NCBI GenBank assembly: GCA_963817385.1
Contig: CAWFOM010000001.1
Location: forward strand, 32,001 to 96,000
Reading direction: 5' to 3'
DNA from: an uncultured delta proteobacterium
GTDB lineage: Bacteria; Desulfobacterota; Syntrophia; Syntrophales; UBA5619
Length of the DNA stretch: 64,000 nucleotides
Position numbers and translations under genes: made by a program. Each line of letters opens with the position of its first letter. Within the stretch, counting starts at the first letter, position 1. A model generated the notes under the pieces. The model was not told where the DNA came from. It saw only the letters and a program-made list of their open reading frames with translations, and ran no database searches. Positions 32,702 through 45,022 of the stretch are shown piece by piece.

Positions 32702-33103
32702 AGATATCCGAAGTGCCCCAGGACGCGATCAAGACGATGCGGGGCGAGAAGAAGGCCCTCTACGCCGTCGACGACCGGGGGGAGTACACCCGGACCGCCA
32801 CCCGGGGCTGGGAGGCGGAGGAGATCGTCCTTACCCAGGTCATCGACGACTTCGACGAGAAGGCCCGGGCGGCCGCCGCCCGGGTGCGGAGCGGCGAAAC
32901 ATCGCCGATCGAGTACTTCATGAACAAAAAATGGATGGACCCCCTGACCCTCGCCCAGGCCATGGGGCTTTACCGCTGGCAGGTGAAGCGGCATTTCAAA
33001 CCCGCCGTTTTCAAAAAACTGGACGGGAGGACGCTGGCCGAGTACGCGCGCCTCTTCGGGATATCCGTCGAAGCGGCTGAAGAATTTTTCCGGGGAGGAG
33101 TGA
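32698..33103 (+). CDS. Conserved hypothetical protein of darB-btrH clusters
   Basis: MKISEVPQD..YAVDDRGEY..GWEAE..SPIEYFM..MD..WQVKRH; probable frameshift near the end. Confidence 0.7.
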
Positions 33104-34106
33104 ATGGCGGAATTGAAGCCCTTGGAACACCGGCAGTACGCCCATTGCGAAAGCGGGGTGGTGACCGCGCTCCTGAGGCGCCACGGCCTCGATCTTTCCG
33201 AGCCGATGGTGTTCGGCATCACGGGCGGCCTCACCTTCGCCTATCTCCCCTTCATCAAGATCACCAACATGCCGGTCGTCTCGTACCGCATGTTCCCCGG
33301 GGCGATCATCAAGGGGGCGGCAAAGAACCTCGGCGTCCGGTTCGAAACGAGGCGCTACTCGGACAAGGGAAAGGCCCTCGCCGAGCTCGGCGACCTCGTC
33401 GATGGCGGCCAGTGCGTCGGCCTGCAGACATCGGTCTACTGGCTCCCCTATTTCCCGCCGGAGATGCGCTTCCAGTTCAACGCGCACAACCTCCTCGTCT
33501 ACGGGAGGGAGGGGGACGAATTCCTCGTGAGCGACCCGGTCTTCGAACAGGCCGTCCGGGTCAAGGCGGAGGATCTCCAGAACGCCCGCTTCGCCAGGGG
33601 GACCCTCGCCCCGAAGGGGTTTCTCTACTATCCCGTCCGGGTCGATCCCGCGGTCGATATCGGGGAGGCGATCCGCGAAAGCGATCCGGCGGACGGTGCG
33701 CATGATGCTTCACGCCCCCCTGCCCTTCATCGGCGTCAAGGGGATCCATTACATGGCGCGACGGATCGAACGGCTCAAGGACGGGGACGCGCGGTACGCC
33801 CGCCTCTACCTCGGCCATATCGTGCGGATGCAGGAGGAGATCGGCACGGGAGGGGGCGGCTTCAGGTTCATGTACGCGGCTTTTCTCCAGGAGGCCGGGC
33901 GCCTCCTGGGATCCGCCCCGCTGGAGGAGGCGTCGCGGATGATGACGGAGGCGGGCGACCGGTGGCGGCGCTTCGCCCTGGCCTGCGCCCGGGTCTGCAA
34001 GGGCAAGACGGCGGACTTCGACGCCGCGGAAATCGCCCGGCTGCTCAGGGAATGCGCGGCGCAGGAAAAGCTCGTCTACACGCTCCTCAAGTCGGCCACC
34101 CGGTAA
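33104..34106 (+). CDS. BtrH N-terminal domain peptidase-like protein (frameshift near 33680)
   Basis: HCESG, FNAHN, SDP, QEEIGTGGGGFR. Confidence 0.85.
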
Positions 34107-34145
34107 CGAGGGCTTTAAAAAACGGGTTATCATGAGGAAACCATC

Positions 34146-35945
34146 ATGGAGCAGGATCAGCAAAAACCGGATCACCTACCCGATAGGACAAGCCATGCGG
34201 AAGAACGGTTGAGTACGGAAGAAAGACAAACAGAGAAGCCCGGATCGCAGGATGAATGTCAAAACCTCATTCATGAACTCCAGGTCCGACAGATCGAGCT
34301 GGAGAGGGAGAACGAGGATCTGAAAAAGGCGCTCTCCGAGATGGCCAAGATGGAGCTGTACACCGCCCTGTTCGATTTCGCGCCCATCGGCTACTTTTTC
34401 CTGGAACACAGCGGGACGATCCTCCAAGTGAACCGCTCCGGAGCACGCTTGCTCGGGGTTGAGCGCAGCGATTTGATTCGGCAGGAGCTTCCCGTCCTTT
34501 GTTCCCGATGATCTCCGTCCCGCCTTCACTGCCTGCCTCGACAAGGTGCTTGAGAACCGGGTGAAAGACTCCTGCGAGGTAATACTCCGGAATGAGGGGG
34601 GGCAACCGTTCTATGCGCACATTGAGGCAAAAGCCTCCGGGGACGGGCAGGGGTGTCTCGTTACGGTTATGGACATCACCGACATCAAAAAGGCGGGAGA
34701 AAAGCTGAAGCAAAGCGAATCTCTCCTTAAGGAAGCGCAGTATTTGGCTCACATCGGCCACTGGGTGATCGATCCCGCAACGGGTACATCTATTTGGTCG
34801 GAAGAAATGTTTCGGATCTTCGGTCATCGATCCCGGAGCAAGGTGCGCCCCCCATCGCAGCTCGCCGGGAAATCGTTCATCCCGCTGATTTGGATCAGTT
34901 CGATAAGGCAATAGCAAAGGCAAGCAACGATGGTACATCGTTTGATCTTGTACATCGTTTATATCGTCCCGATAAGAGTATCCGATGGGTGAGCACAAAA
35001 GGATACGCTGACAGGAATGATGGAGGCCAGGTCGTCAGGTTATTCGGAACAGTTCAGGATATCACTGAATTGATGCAGATTCAGGAGGAGCTCAAGGAAA
35101 GCCAGGCGCAACTCAAAGAGACACATCGTCTGGCGCATATAGGGGTCTGGAACTGGATTGCCGGAACCGATACCGTCACATGGTCGGAAGAGCTCTACCA
35201 TATTGCCGGTCGTGATCCACAGCTGACGGCGCCCTCGTATGCGGAGCATCCCCAAATATTCACTCCCGATAGCTGGAACCGTCTCAAAGCCGCCGTTGAA
35301 AGGGCGCTTGAAACATGCGAAGCGTATCAACTTGAACTTCAGCTTGTCCGTCCGGACGGCAGCACCCGATGGGTCAATGCATTTGGCGGAGTGAAGTATG
35401 ACGACACCGGGCGGGTCATCGGGCTTCATGGCACGGTCCAGGACATCACGGAACGCAAGGCCCTGGAGATGGAGCTGGCGGTGTATCACAAGCAATTGGA
35501 AGAATTGGTCAAGGCGCGGACGGCCGAATTGGAGGAAGTGAACACAACGTTGAAAGTCTTGGTGGTTCGCCGTGAGGCCGATAAAAACGAACTTGAGGAG
35601 AAGATTCTGACCAATGTGAACGAGCTGATCATTCCCTATCTGGAGAAAATCAAAATAAGCCGTTTGAATGCCACCCAGGAAGCCTACATGGACATCGTTG
35701 AAACGAACTTTAAAACCATTATCGCCCCTTTTATGAAACACATGTCCGCCAAGCATTACAATCTGACACCGCAGGAAATTCAGATTGCCGCCCTAATCAA
35801 AAGCGGAAGATCCAGCAGGGAGATTGCATCAATTTTAAACACATCGATCAAAACAATCAATTTTCACAGAGGAAACATTAGAAGAAAACTCGGATTAGTG
35901 AACAAGAGGGCTAATCTGCGGTCAAATCTGCTATTTATGCAATAA
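34146..35945 (+). CDS. Multi-PAS LuxR-type HTH transcriptional regulator (frameshifted)
   Basis: HELQVRQIELE, PAS/PAC repeats ending in DITE, C-terminal LTPQEIQIA..HRGNIRRKLG. Confidence 0.82.
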
Positions 35946-36529
35946 TTCCAGTATTCCCCTGGTATTCGCCTCGATATCAATTACTACAAAGCTATCTTAC
36001 TGTAATATTTATTGTTCAAGTAATAATGCCGGTTTTAACCCGGCATTCCCCTTCATATCTTCTGCGATGTTCTTTATCGTATGTGATAGTTTTCTTAACG
36101 TATTTTTTAGACAACCCGCCTCTCAATCGTCGATATTTTATACAGTGGTAAAGTTCTTCCGGAAAAAATCACAACAGTATGTTTTCATTTAGTAATATTT
36201 CCTTTACTTCTTCATATCATCGGGACCTGCCGGATCATCACCTGTCGGGATGCTTTACGGCTTCAGTCTTACAGCGACGGGAAACAAATAAAATAACATT
36301 TTAACATCAACTATTTAGCAATTGGATCAATAATTGCCTACGCTAGGTGCCATGGACATACGGATTCTATTCCAGAGACTTAGCAAGTTTTTTGCCGCTT
36401 CGAGATCCCCCCCTTTTCGCTCCCATCAGTCGAAGGGTAAACGGAGTCGGCGTTGACATCCCGTTGCAGAACCGAGGACCATAGTGCGTAATGTACCAAC
36501 AATCTTACTGATGAAAGGAGACCGTATCA

Positions 36530-38761
36530 ATGAACGTAACCGTAACCAGGAGAAAGTTCCTAAAAATGGCGGCTGGAGCGGGCGTCGCGGCCGGAGCATC
36601 TTCGATGATTCCCTGGAAGTTCGGCGCGCTAGCCTATGCGTTTGTCCAGAGTCCGGCAAACATCCGGAAGTTCGTCACGACCCTGCCCGGGCTCGGGCCG
36701 TCGGGCGCCAATAACATCGGGCAGTACATCCCGCTGGCGTCAAAACATACGATAAAGTTCGCGGGAATACAGACGGACCTGTATGACATTGCGGTCGCGA
36801 GATTCAGCGAGAAGATGCATCCTGATCTGCCCGGACCGACCCATTTCTTCGGATATTCCAATATCCTTAAATGGGACCAGAAATATCTGGGCGGTGCGAT
36901 CGTCGCAAAGAGGGGGACGCCGGTGCTGCTCACCGTCACGAATTTGATGCCGCCCAAGCACATCCTGCCGGTGGACCCCACGGTCATGGCCGGCCCCAAC
37001 GGCCTGATGACGGGAGATTTGCCCACGAACCGCATCGCGACCCACCTGCACGGCGGCTTCAGTCCGTGGTTCAGCGACGGGACACCGCTCCAGTGGTTCA
37101 CTCCCCTGGGCAAGCACGGCACCAGTTTCATGAACGTACCGGGAGTCCCCTCGATTCCCGGGACCGGGACCTACTATTATCCCAATCAGCAGAGCGCCCG
37201 GTTGATGTGGTATCATGACCATGCCATGGGCATCACCCGTCTCAATGCCTACGCCGGGATCGCGTCTGCGTACATCATTGTCGATGACTTCGAGATCGGA
37301 CTCGTCAATGCGGGTCTCCTTCCCGACCTCGTCGGAATCCCGCTGATCATCCAGGACAAGGGCTTTGTGCCGACCGACATCCTCACTCATGATCCCGGCT
37401 GGAAATGGGGCAATCCGGGCGACCTTTGGTATCCCCATGAGTATGAAGCGAATGTCCTTCCGCCCTATCCGCCGGGAACGCCGAATCCGAAGGGCAGGTG
37501 GGACTATGGCGCAACGGTCGAGCCTCCGTCACAGGGCCTGGCCGGTCCTCTGCCGCCGGTTTCGATCGTTCCCGAGGCTTTCTTCGATACGATCCTCGTG
37601 AACGGCGGCATCTATCCGTCGGTCAGCGTACCGGCAAAAAGAGTCCGGTTCCGTCTGCTGAACGGTTCACAGGCGAGGTTCTATCATCTGAACCTGTACC
37701 CGGAAGCATCAACCGCGGGCGAGGCTCAGGTCGGCACTCCCGGTCCGACCATCTACCAGGTTGGTACCGAGGGCGGTTTCCTGCCCGCAGTCGCGGTCCA
37801 TGATAATACGACTCCGCTGCCGCTGGATCCCCTCGGATCCATCCGGTTACTCGGCAAATCCGGACGGTCCGTTCAACCTGATGCTGGCCCCGGCGGAACG
37901 CGCGGATGTGGTCATCGATTTCAACGGCGTTCCCACCGGATCCACGTTCATCCTTTACAACGATGCGACGGCGCCCTTCCCCATGGGAGAACCCAGGAAC
38001 GACTACTTTACCGGCGCTCCTGATCAGACCGCCTTTGGCGGCGCTCCGACAACACAGGCCGGATTTGGGCCGAACACGAGGACACTCATGAAGATCACGG
38101 TTACAGCCGCTCCCGGTGACAGCATGGGCACACCGGCATGGCTGGCATCGATGAACACCCAGCTCAGGAGCAACTTCCTCAGCGGTAATCAGCCCGGCCT
38201 TTTGTACAACGCGGTGACCCGTCAACACCGGCCTTCCCGTTCAACGGTGTGGCAAACCGGTCATTGACCCTGAATGAGGACTTCGACGAGTACGGCCGCC
38301 TCATCCAGATGATGGGCACCTTCACCCAGAACGGCTTTAACAACCAGGGGCTGGCGACCTGGAGTCGGCCGTATCTTGCGGCCACGACCGAGAACCCGTC
38401 CGCCGGAACCACCGAAGTCTGGCAGATCATGAATCTTACGGGCGACGTGCATCCCATCCACTTTCATCTCGTGAATGTCCAGTTGATCCAACGGCAGCCT
38501 TTTATCGGCGATCCGAGCGACTGGGAGTACGCTGGTCCACCGATGCCGCCGGATCCGAACGAACTCGGCTGGAAGGAGACCGTCAGGATGAATCCGAACG
38601 AGATCACGACGGTCATCATGAAGTTCGATCTGCCGGTACTGCCGACATCGGCCATGCGCAACGCCGTGAGCCCGAGGACCGGCGGTAAGGAATATGTCTG
38701 GCACTGTCATATCCTCGAGCATGAGGAGCACGACATGATGAGGCCGCTGATCGTCACATAG
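36530..38761 (+). CDS. Tat-exported multicopper oxidase, CotA/bilirubin oxidase-like (2 frameshifts)
   Basis: TRRKFLK Tat signal; THLHG, WYHDH, HPIHFH, WHCHILEHEEHDMM. Confidence 0.9.
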
Positions 38762-38784
38762 CAGTTCCTTGTTTAACCCCGACC

Positions 38785-38814
38785 AAAAGCCCCGCGCAGT
38801 CTGCGGGGCTTTTT
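38785..38814 (+). terminator. Bidirectional rho-independent terminator
   Basis: AAAAGCCCCGC-GCAGTCT-GCGGGGCTTTT. Confidence 0.8.
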
Positions 38815-38815
38815 C

Positions 38816-38900
38816 AAAACACCTCCACTTCCAGGAGCGCATAGTTCCCGCACGGGTCCCGGTTGATGTGCAGCAGGGTCCTTCGCCGGAAATTCTTCAC
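38816..38900 (-). repeat. 85-bp copy of the 3' end of the gene at 40161-41034 (matches 40163-40247)
   Basis: Direct repeat with 2 mismatches seen. Confidence 0.95.
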
Positions 38901-39323
38901 ATCCGGCGGACGGTGCGCATGATGCTTCACGCCCCGCTCCCCTTCATCGGCGCCAAGGGGATCCGTTACATGGCGCGGCGGATAGAGCGGCTCAAGGACG
39001 GGGACGCGCGGTACGCCCGCCTCACCCTCGGCCATATCGTGCGGATGCAGGAGGAGATCGGCACCGGAGGGGGCGGCTTCAGGTTCATGTACGCGGCTTT
39101 TCTCCAGGAGGCCGGGCGTCTCCTGGGATCCGCCCCACTGGAGGAGGCGTCGCGAATGATGACGGAGGCGGGCGACCGGTGGCGACGGTTCGCCCTGGCC
39201 TGCGCCCGGGTCTGCAAGGGCAGGACGGCGGATCTCGACACGGCGGAAATCGCCCGGCTGCTCAGGGAATGCGCGGCGCAGGAGAAGCTCGTCTACACAC
39301 TCCTCAAGTCGGCGAAGCCGTAG
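38901..39323 (+). pseudogene. 413-bp diverged copy of the BtrH-like gene 3' end (matches 33684-34096)
   Basis: About 95% identical by eye, mostly synonymous changes; no 5' half. Confidence 0.93.
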
Positions 39324-39450
39324 GGGCCTTGAAGAATATCGCCCGCGTAATAACTATCTTGCGGATCTTTTTACAAACGGGATAATAGACATAATGTGAT
39401 TTAACAACAGGTGGTTACTGTCAATCACGTGGTCATACACCATCTCTTCG

Positions 39451-39568
39451 TGTCGGATATTCTTACAAACCCGAAAAAAGTATAATACGATATAATTATA
39501 TATGGTTACGTAAATTCTGATGGCCATACCGTTACGACATCCTACATTTATTGTCGGAAATCTTTACA
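39451..39568 (+). promoter_or_regulatory. Paired TGT-N11-ACA enhancer sites
   Basis: TGTCGGATATTCTTACA at 39451 and TGTCGGAAATCTTTACA at 39552; same motif as upstream of the PEP-CTERM gene. Confidence 0.65.
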
Positions 39569-39750
39569 ATTCTGATTTATTTTTTCATAATTTTTCTTTT
39601 TTGGTAACGACATAATTGCTAAACGTAGCTATATAAATAAAATAAAATCGATATCTTAAATAGTATTACCGTAAATACGAAGAGTAGTGGTACGACGATT
39701 GCAGAATATTATTTCTAAAGATATAAAGAAAAACTAAAAAAGGAGGTTCG

Positions 39751-39981
39751 ATGATGAAAAAATTCTTGTTGTTAAGCTTAATGGCGCTTATCCTTATTTT
39801 TCCAGCGGTGACCCATGCCGATGTTTGGGGTGTTAGAGCCTTAACAGACGAAAACGAGATTATCAAAATCGATCCCTTTACGGGTACGGTAACAACCACC
39901 TATGCGGCGCCTAATTTCGTACTAAACAACACGGAGATAGGTCTTGCAGGGTGGAGCGACCAGTTGTTCTATACGACCTGA
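39751..39981 (+). pseudogene. Truncated secreted protein, probably a PEP-CTERM protein N-terminus
   Basis: AGGAGG RBS and signal peptide ..AVTHA; ends after 76 aa; PEP-CTERM-type upstream motifs. Confidence 0.55.
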
Positions 39982-40160
39982 AGGAACGTCGACCTTCCGA
40001 TTGCCGCCGAACCCTTCTTCCTAGAACCTCAATGCATCGATTGAGATGATACCCGCGATGAACGTTGAGGACATGAAGACCGATGTGCATAGAGTAATGA
40101 AGGCAACCTGACACGGAGGAAGTGAATCTGCAGTTCTTAAGTTAGTTGGCAAGGCGCTAC

Positions 40161-41034
40161 TTAAAACACCTCCACTTCCAGGAGCGCATAGTTCCCGCGC
40201 GGGTCCCGGTTGATGTGCAGCAGGGTCCTTCCCCGGAAATTCTTCACGAACATCCCGATCCCGCAGGCGGCGGCCGAACCGCAATAGCCGTAGTCGCCGA
40301 GGTAGTCGAACCCGGCGGCGGGGCTGCAGCGCCTCGCGCCAGCGGGCGGCCTCGTCGTCGCCGATCGAGGCGCCGAAGGCGACCATGTCCGCGGGCGATT
40401 CTCCCCGCTCCCGGACCCACTTCAGGCAGGTCGCGCCGTCCCGGAACGACCGGTTCTCCCGAAACACCCCGCAGGCCCCCTCCCGCTCGGGCCGGACGTA
40501 AAACCAGCCGCTCCCGTCGACCATCCGCCAGCCGCGGCCATTCCGATCTTCGCCGCCCGACCCGGAGAGCGAGGCCACGTCCACGCCGCCGATGAGCGCG
40601 CTCCTCTCCGCGCCTGCTGCAAAATCCGCCGTGAGCAGATCGATCCCCCGCTCGAAGGAGAGGCGCTGGCTGGAGACGGTGATGTTGCGGCCCCGGGTCC
40701 CCAGGTTCTGGGCAAGGTAGAACGTGGCCGTATTGCTCATCGTGTTGATGAAACTGAACGGCTTGGGCAGCGAATGGGCGGCGTAGATCTCGTCGAGAAC
40801 GACGGCGGTCTCGCCGAGGTTCCCGTGCTCCGTCGTCAGATAGACGGCCGTGTCCGCCGCGAAGGAACGCTCGTGGACGCACTTACGGGCGCCGAGGAGG
40901 GCAAGCAGGATGAACCGATTCACCCGGCGGAAATTCTCCCGGGCGTATTTCCGCAGCTCCTCCTTGAGAAGATTCGCGTCCGCGTTCGCCTCGCCGATGA
41001 AGGCCGAGGCGCTGTGGATATAGAGTCCGCTCAT
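40161..41034 (-). CDS. Ketosynthase chain-length-factor-like protein (frameshift near 3' end)
   Basis: RRVNRFILLAL, PFSFINTMSN; directly follows the KS gene. Confidence 0.7.
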
Positions 41035-42209
41035 CCCTTCCCGCCCTCGTTGGAGAGGATAAGGGTCGTGCAGTTGCCGCCGAACCCGAAATAGTTGAGC
41101 ATGAAAACGCCCTCCCCCGCCTCCCCGTTTTCCGTCAGGGGTGTCAGGTTCAGCTCCTCGTCCCTTTCCCGGAAGCCGGGCGTGGAGGGGATGAACCCCG
41201 CCTTGAGCGACTCCGTAAAGAGGATCAGTTCGCAGACGCCGCAGGCGCCCGCCGTGTGGCCGATGAACGGCTTGACGGACGTCACGGGGGGAATGTTCCC
41301 CCTGAAGGTCAGCCGCATGGCGGCGCACTCGGTCCGGTCGTTGTTCTCCGTTCCCGTGGCGTGGGCCTTGACGGCGCGGATCGCCCCCGGATCGATCCCC
41401 GCCTGCCCGAGGGCCCGGTTCATCGTCTCCGCAATGGCCGTCCCTTCCTCATCGTGGCTGGTCACGCTGTAGGTGTCGCAGAGATTCGCCCCGCCGAGGA
41501 ACCGGAAATCGCCGGCCGCCCGGCGCCTCCCCTCCAGGACCACCGCGCCGCAGGCCTCGCCGAGGATCAGGCCGTCCCGCTCGCGGTCGAAGGGCCGGTA
41601 GTTCCGAGGAGGCGAGGGATTTGAGGCCTTCGAACCCGTAGAAACCGAGGTTGTTGAAGAGGTCGTAGCCGATCACCAGCGCCCGCCCGATCCGCCCCTG
41701 CCCGATCATCGACGGCGGCGTACAGGAAGGCGTTGGCGCTCGAGGTGCACGCCGTCGTGAAGGTATAGCCGCACCCCCCGATCCCGAAGCGCTCCATGAC
41801 GGCGGAGGCGATCTTGCCGTAGCCGTCGGACGAGCGGAGGAACAGCTCCGACACGGCCGCGGAGCGTCTTGTGGTGGCCGCCCTCGAAGACGGGCACATC
41901 CATCGACGTGGAACCGAAAAACAGATGGGTCTCCGCGAGCTCGCCGTCGCTCAGCCCGGCATCGGCGATGGCGTGAGCAACCGTCGAGAAGAGGATCTCG
42001 GCGAAATACCCTTCGGAGCGGTTCTCCGGCCGGTCCCCTTCGTTTCGCATAATCAGGTAGTACGGCCGGGTGTAGGGAAGGCCGGCCAGGGTAAAGGGGA
42101 GATGCTGCAGCTTTATCCGCCTATGGCGCACCGCTTCCACGATCTCTCCCGGGGTCTCCCCGATCGAGCAGATCATCGCCTTTCCCGTGACAAACGCCCC
42201 TTCCCCCAT
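41031..42209 (-). CDS. Beta-ketoacyl-ACP synthase (FabB/F-like), frameshifted
   Basis: TACTSSA, GLILGEA, AHATGT, KPFIGHT, FGFGG. Confidence 0.85.
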
Positions 42210-42212
42210 TGG

Positions 42213-42488
42213 CTACTCCGGTTGGATGAAATCGGCGAAGGTGTTCATCGACCGCATCACCTTTCGCATCTGTTTGCTGTCGGTTATGAGCAGGTTGTAT
42301 TTGTTCTGGATCGCGATCGAGATCTGCAGGGCGTCGATCGAGTCCAGCCCGAGCCGGGAGTCGCCGCCGAAGAGCGGATCGTCGTCCCCGATCTCGGCGA
42401 TGTCGATCGGAATGTCGCACTCCTCGACGATCAGCCGCTTCAATTCCGTCTTCAGTCGCTCGTCAAGCGAACCCTTCATCGCTTTCAA
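42213..42488 (-). CDS. Acyl carrier protein
   Basis: LGLDSIDAL phosphopantetheine motif. Confidence 0.9.
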   Translation of the reverse strand: MKAMKGSLDERLKTELKRLIVEECDIPIDIAEIGDDDPLFGGDSRLGLDSIDALQISIAIQNKYNLLITDSKQMRKVMRSMNTFADFIQPE

Positions 42489-43720
42489 ACCTCCCTTTGC
42501 CTTCGCAAGATGATCACCGTCAACGCCAGCATGACCGCCCCGAAGATAACCAGCGCCAGGCTTTCCGGAAGGACATCGACAACACCGCCGTCCCTGAGGA
42601 AGATGTCGAGGAACCCCTCCAGCCCCCAGGCCATGGGGGAGAGATTGGCAAGCTCCTGCATATACCGGGGCATGACGAACGTGGGCACCATGATTCCCCC
42701 CAGGGCGCCGAAGATGATGTTCAGGACCCCCCCGATCGTGGTCGCCTGCTCGGTCGTCCGGGCGACCGAGGCGATGAGCAGGGCGAGGGCGATGGCGCTG
42801 AAGCTCACCGAGGCGGCGATCAGGGCCAGGCCGCCCGGGGAACTCCCCGGGGTCAGGGCGGTGCCGCCGAAGAGCGGAACGACGTACATGCCGATCGCGA
42901 TCATGATGAGCACCTGGATTGCATTGATGAAAAGGTACGGAACCATCTTCCCCACGATCAGCGAGATGCGCGACACATTCATGCTCTTGAGGCGCATGAG
43001 GGTGCCCTGCCCCCGTTCCGAGATGAAGGTGTTGGAGATGGGGATGACGATAAAAAACATGGAAAAGACCAGCCAGGCGGGGACGGTCTGCTGGACCGCC
43101 GACGGAATCTTGAACGACCGCCCTCCCCGGTAGACGTACCGCACCTCAATGGGGCTCTCGTCGTCCGCCTTCAGTTTCTGCCTGTCGATCCCGGCGGAAT
43201 CCAGAATCCCGCCGAGACGGTCGACGAAGGCGTCCCGCCGCAGCCCGGCCAGCTTTGCGTCCAGCGCGCCCCTGAGCACCATCTGCGTCTGGACGGTGAC
43301 CGAGGGATTGACCAGGAGTTCCAGGGGCTTTTCGCCCTTCCCCCCGCCCTCTCCCTCCACGAAGGCGGAGAAGCCCTCCCGGATGATCAGGGCAAACTTG
43401 GTATCCCCGGCGAGCATCCGCTCCCTGATCCGCTCCGCGGGGATCTCCTTTTCAAGGAAGTGAAATTTGAACGTCGGCAGCCCATCGATCGCCTTCACAA
43501 ACGCCTCCGCACCCTTTCCCGCATCCCGGTTCACGGCGAGGACATCGATGCTGACGCTGCTGTGGAGCTCGAAGAGATCCCGCATCTCCAGAGACATGAT
43601 CATGATGAACACCGCGGGCATGACGAAGAGGACCGTCACCGCGTGGATGTCCCGGGTGATCAGCAGGAATTCTTTCTTCAGAGTGTAGAGGAGTTTGATC
43701 ATGCCCGCCACCGCCTTCAC
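42485..43720 (-). CDS. ABC-2 transporter permease
   Basis: KEFLLITRD, QQTVPAW, ERGQGT, SPMAW. Confidence 0.88.
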   Translation of the reverse strand: MKAVAGMIKLLYTLKKEFLLITRDIHAVTVLFVMPAVFIMIMSLEMRDLFELHSSVSIDVLAVNRDAGKGAEAFVKAIDGLPTFKFHFLEKEIPAERIRERMLAGDTKFALIIREGFSAFVEGEGGGKGEKPLELLVNPSVTVQTQMVLRGALDAKLAGLRRDAFVDRLGGILDSAGIDRQKLKADDESPIEVRYVYRGGRSFKIPSAVQQTVPAWLVFSMFFIVIPISNTFISERGQGTLMRLKSMNVSRISLIVGKMVPYLFINAIQVLIMIAIGMYVVPLFGGTALTPGSSPGGLALIAASVSFSAIALALLIASVARTTEQATTIGGVLNIIFGALGGIMVPTFVMPRYMQELANLSPMAWGLEGFLDIFLRDGGVVDVLPESLALVIFGAVMLALTVIILRRQREV

Positions 43721-44641
43721 TTCTCGTCGCGCAGCCGGACGTTCGTCAGCTTGAGGAAAAGCTCCTCGAGGGTCCTGCGGCCGAAGACGATGTCATTCAC
43801 GACGATCCCGTGGTCATGAAAGACGGTAAATGCCGCCGCCATATTCTCCCGGAAGCGTTCGTCCCGTTTGATGTGAACGCTTCCATCTTTCAACGTGTAT
43901 CCCTTCGCGGCGTTCCAACGCCCCGACGGCGGCCTCCCCCATCTCCCCGACACGTATCAGAACGGCGTCGGCGCGCGTCAGGATGGCCTGCTTGGCGTCA
44001 TGGAGGATGATCCGGCCCTCGTCGATCACGGCGATCTCGTCGGAGACCTGCTCGATCTCATCCATGTAGTGGGACGTGTAGATGATCGTCGTCTTCCGTT
44101 CGCGGTTGAGCTTCCGTATCGTCTCGAGGATGTAGTTTCTCGACTGGGTGTCGACGCCCACGGTGGGCTCATCGAGATACAGGATCTCGGGTTCGTTCAA
44201 AAGGCCGATGGCCAGATTGAGCCGCCGCTTCATGCCGCCCGAAAAGGTGTCGACCCGCTTATCGATAAAGGCCTGCATGCTCCCCACATCGATGCCAAAC
44301 GCCATGCGCTCCTTCAGCTTCCTCCCGCGCAGGCCCCAGAGCGAACCGAAGTACTCCAGATTCTCGCGGGCCGACAGGCGGGGATAGAACGCCAGGGTCT
44401 GGGGCACGTAGCTGCACATCGACTGGATCCTGCCGAGCTCCCGGTCGAGATCGAGGCCGCCGACGGTGATCGCTCCGCCATCTTTGCCGACCACGCCCGT
44501 CAGGATCGAGAGCAGGGTGGTCTTTCCCGCGCCGTTGGGGCCGAGCAGCCCCAAAATGGAACCGCAATTCACCGAAAGGCCGACATTGTCGAGAACGGGC
44601 TTCCGATTGTAGGACTTTGAGAGATGCTTGATTTCGATCAA
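43717..44641 (-). CDS. ABC transporter ATP-binding protein (frameshift near 3' end)
   Basis: GPNGAGKT, FSGGMKRR, LDEPT. Confidence 0.9.
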
Positions 44642-45022
44642 CGGCGCACCCGTAACATGACGTATTTCGGTCCGAATCTTTTGTTCCTCCGGCGAAAATC
44701 AGCCTTTGTGCGCGGAGTATATTGGAGACAGTCCGGTATGTCAACATCGTTCACTCTTCCCATGCGATCAGTGAAGCATTTGGGCGGGCCACCAAACCAT
44801 GCCGTCCGAAAATTGGGCCGGGAACACGCCAGCCCCTATTGCGAGAATGACATCTGCGGTAGCAACACGGATGGCGGTACCGATAGCGCACACCCGGATT
44901 TTGTTGTCAAAACCTTCTTGACACACAAGATCTTTGTCTATATGAAATATTCGCGAGGGAAAACTGAAATCCTCGCCCGTTCCGAATACGATACCTCGAT
45001 ATATCGGAAATGGAGCTCATCA

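Noticed and set aside
33684..39313. BtrH 3' duplication as a DGR template/variable repeat pair
   Set aside because: Differences are not adenine-specific and are mostly synonymous; no RT nearby.
39601..39620. Sigma54 promoter for the 39751 ORF
   Set aside because: GG-to-GC spacing is 13 rather than 10, so it is degenerate at best.
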